A stretch of 64,000 bases of DNA, from the NCBI GenBank assembly GCA_943788445.1, contig CALSQH010000005.1, positions 3,263-67,262 of the forward strand. Reading direction: 5' to 3'. This DNA is from an uncultured Pseudomonadales bacterium (GTDB lineage: Bacteria; Pseudomonadota; Gammaproteobacteria; Pseudomonadales; Porticoccaceae). The notes below the pieces were generated by a model, which was not told where the DNA came from, did no database searches, and saw nothing but the letters and a program-made list of their open reading frames with translations. The position numbers were made by a program, and so were the translations under genes. This document shows, piece after piece, positions 63,007-64,000 of this stretch. Within the stretch, counting starts at the first letter, position 1. The number at the start of each line of letters is the position of its first letter.

Positions 63007-64000
63007 CTAGAGGGTTAAAAAGTCCTTCTCGTCAAGACTCTCCAAATAGCTTGAGCTGCCTGTAATAGTTGCCAAATGGGAATAATTGCGCGTTAGCAAC
63101 TGTGTCGCAAAGAATTGCGCTGTGGCAATTTTCTGAATATAAAATCTGTCCTCTGAGCCATGATCTACATGCTTTTGCGCGGCGATAGCCTGTTTGACCA
63201 TCAGCCAGTAAGCCACTGAATTGCCGAATAACATCATATGGCTATAGGCCAGATAGCCCGACTGGTCGGGATTAGCCAACACATAATCAAGCGCCTCTTG
63301 GCACTGGGTAATTGCGTATTCAAGGGAATTGAGCAATCCCTGTATTTGAGCAGAAGCATTGGCGAGCGAAGCGGTTTCCGTCATGTCGGCGATCAGTGCC
63401 GACAAACCCTCTCCGCCATCGCGAAGACATTTACGGCCGACAAAATCCAACGCCTGAATGCCATTGGTGCCTTCATAGATCGGCAGGATTCGTGCATCGC
63501 GCATATGCTGGGCAGCGCCGGTCTCTTCAATAAAGCCCATACCACCATGAACCTGAACCCCCAGCGAAGTCGATTCCATAGCAACTTCGGTGCACCAGCC
63601 TTTAACCAGTGGGGTCATTATTTCAACCCGTTTTGCGTTGGCGGCTCTGACGGTTTCGTCAGGGTGATGAGAACTGCGATCTTCCGCGGCAATAGCAAAA
63701 AATGACATGGCGCGACCGGCTTCGGTGAGCGCGCGCATGTGCATTAACATGCGTTTAACATCGGGGTGATGAATAATCGGCGCACGCCCTTCAATGCCCG
63801 AAACTCGACCCTGCACTCTGTCCTGAGCATAGGCGACCGCTTGCTGATAGGCGCGCTCACCAACGGCGACGCCCTGATGCCCTACAGATAACCTAGCGTT
63901 ATTCATCATTGTAAACATACATTGCAGGCCGCGATTTTCTTCTCCGACCAAATAACCAACCGCACCCCCATTATCGCCAAACTGCAGGGTACAGGTGGGG
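63007..64000 (-). CDS. Acyl-CoA dehydrogenase, C-terminal part (start lies beyond the window)
   Basis: PTCTLQFG...GYLVGEENRGL...MNNARL, QVHGGMGFIEE, IYEGTNGIQALD. Confidence 0.93.
   Translation of the reverse strand, partial: PTCTLQFGDNGGAVGYLVGEENRGLQCMFTMMNNARLSVGHQGVAVGERAYQQAVAYAQDRVQGRVSGIEGRAPIIHHPDVKRMLMHMRALTEAGRAMSFFAIAAEDRSSHHPDETVRAANAKRVEIMTPLVKGWCTEVAMESTSLGVQVHGGMGFIEETGAAQHMRDARILPIYEGTNGIQALDFVGRKCLRDGGEGLSALIADMTETASLANASAQIQGLLNSLEYAITQCQEALDYVLANPDQSGYLAYSHMMLFGNSVAYWLMVKQAIAAQKHVDHGSEDRFYIQKIATAQFFATQLLTRNYSHLATITGSSSYLESLDEKDFLTL

Overview
Chromosomal segment of a gammaproteobacterium. The gene order leuCDB-asd-fimV-truA-trpF-accD-folC-dedD-cvpA-purF-metZ and the several TonB receptors suggest a marine Cellvibrionales/SAR92-like organism (inference). 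Core genes: a MoxR ATPase (cut by the left edge), ycgN/ycgL/rnd, recR-ybaB-dnaX with SRP RNA (ffs), two tandem Opp/Dpp-type peptide ABC transporters, msrA, the metZ-to-leuC block with a divergent LysR regulator, miaE, GST, acnB, nfuA, metH, a TonB receptor and an acyl-CoA dehydrogenase (cut by the right edge). An accessory region at about 35.4-50.9 kb holds a BrnT toxin-antitoxin islet next to a duplicated LysR 3' end, a pair of 98-bp MITE-like repeats, and a FecIRA-type locus (ECF sigma, FecR, STN-TonB receptor, GPH transporter, two beta-lactamase-fold proteins, PepQ, an S9 peptidase-like protein, truncated DsdA). Main findings: (1) three copies of a 150-165 bp nested-hairpin element with a conserved core and stems that differ in sequence but still pair; (2) two hydrolase homologues in the locus have lost their catalytic residues; (3) a shared ECF-type promoter, ACTAGCGG-N16-AGTTTTAC, precedes both the sigma gene and the receptor; (4) strong local G+T/C+A strand-skew domains near palindromic repeats; (5) an E. 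coli-like -1 frameshift signal in dnaX. Many single-base frameshifts at 31.9-35.2 kb and 42.4-48.2 kb may be sequencing errors. No tRNA, rRNA, CRISPR array, integrase or transposase gene was seen.
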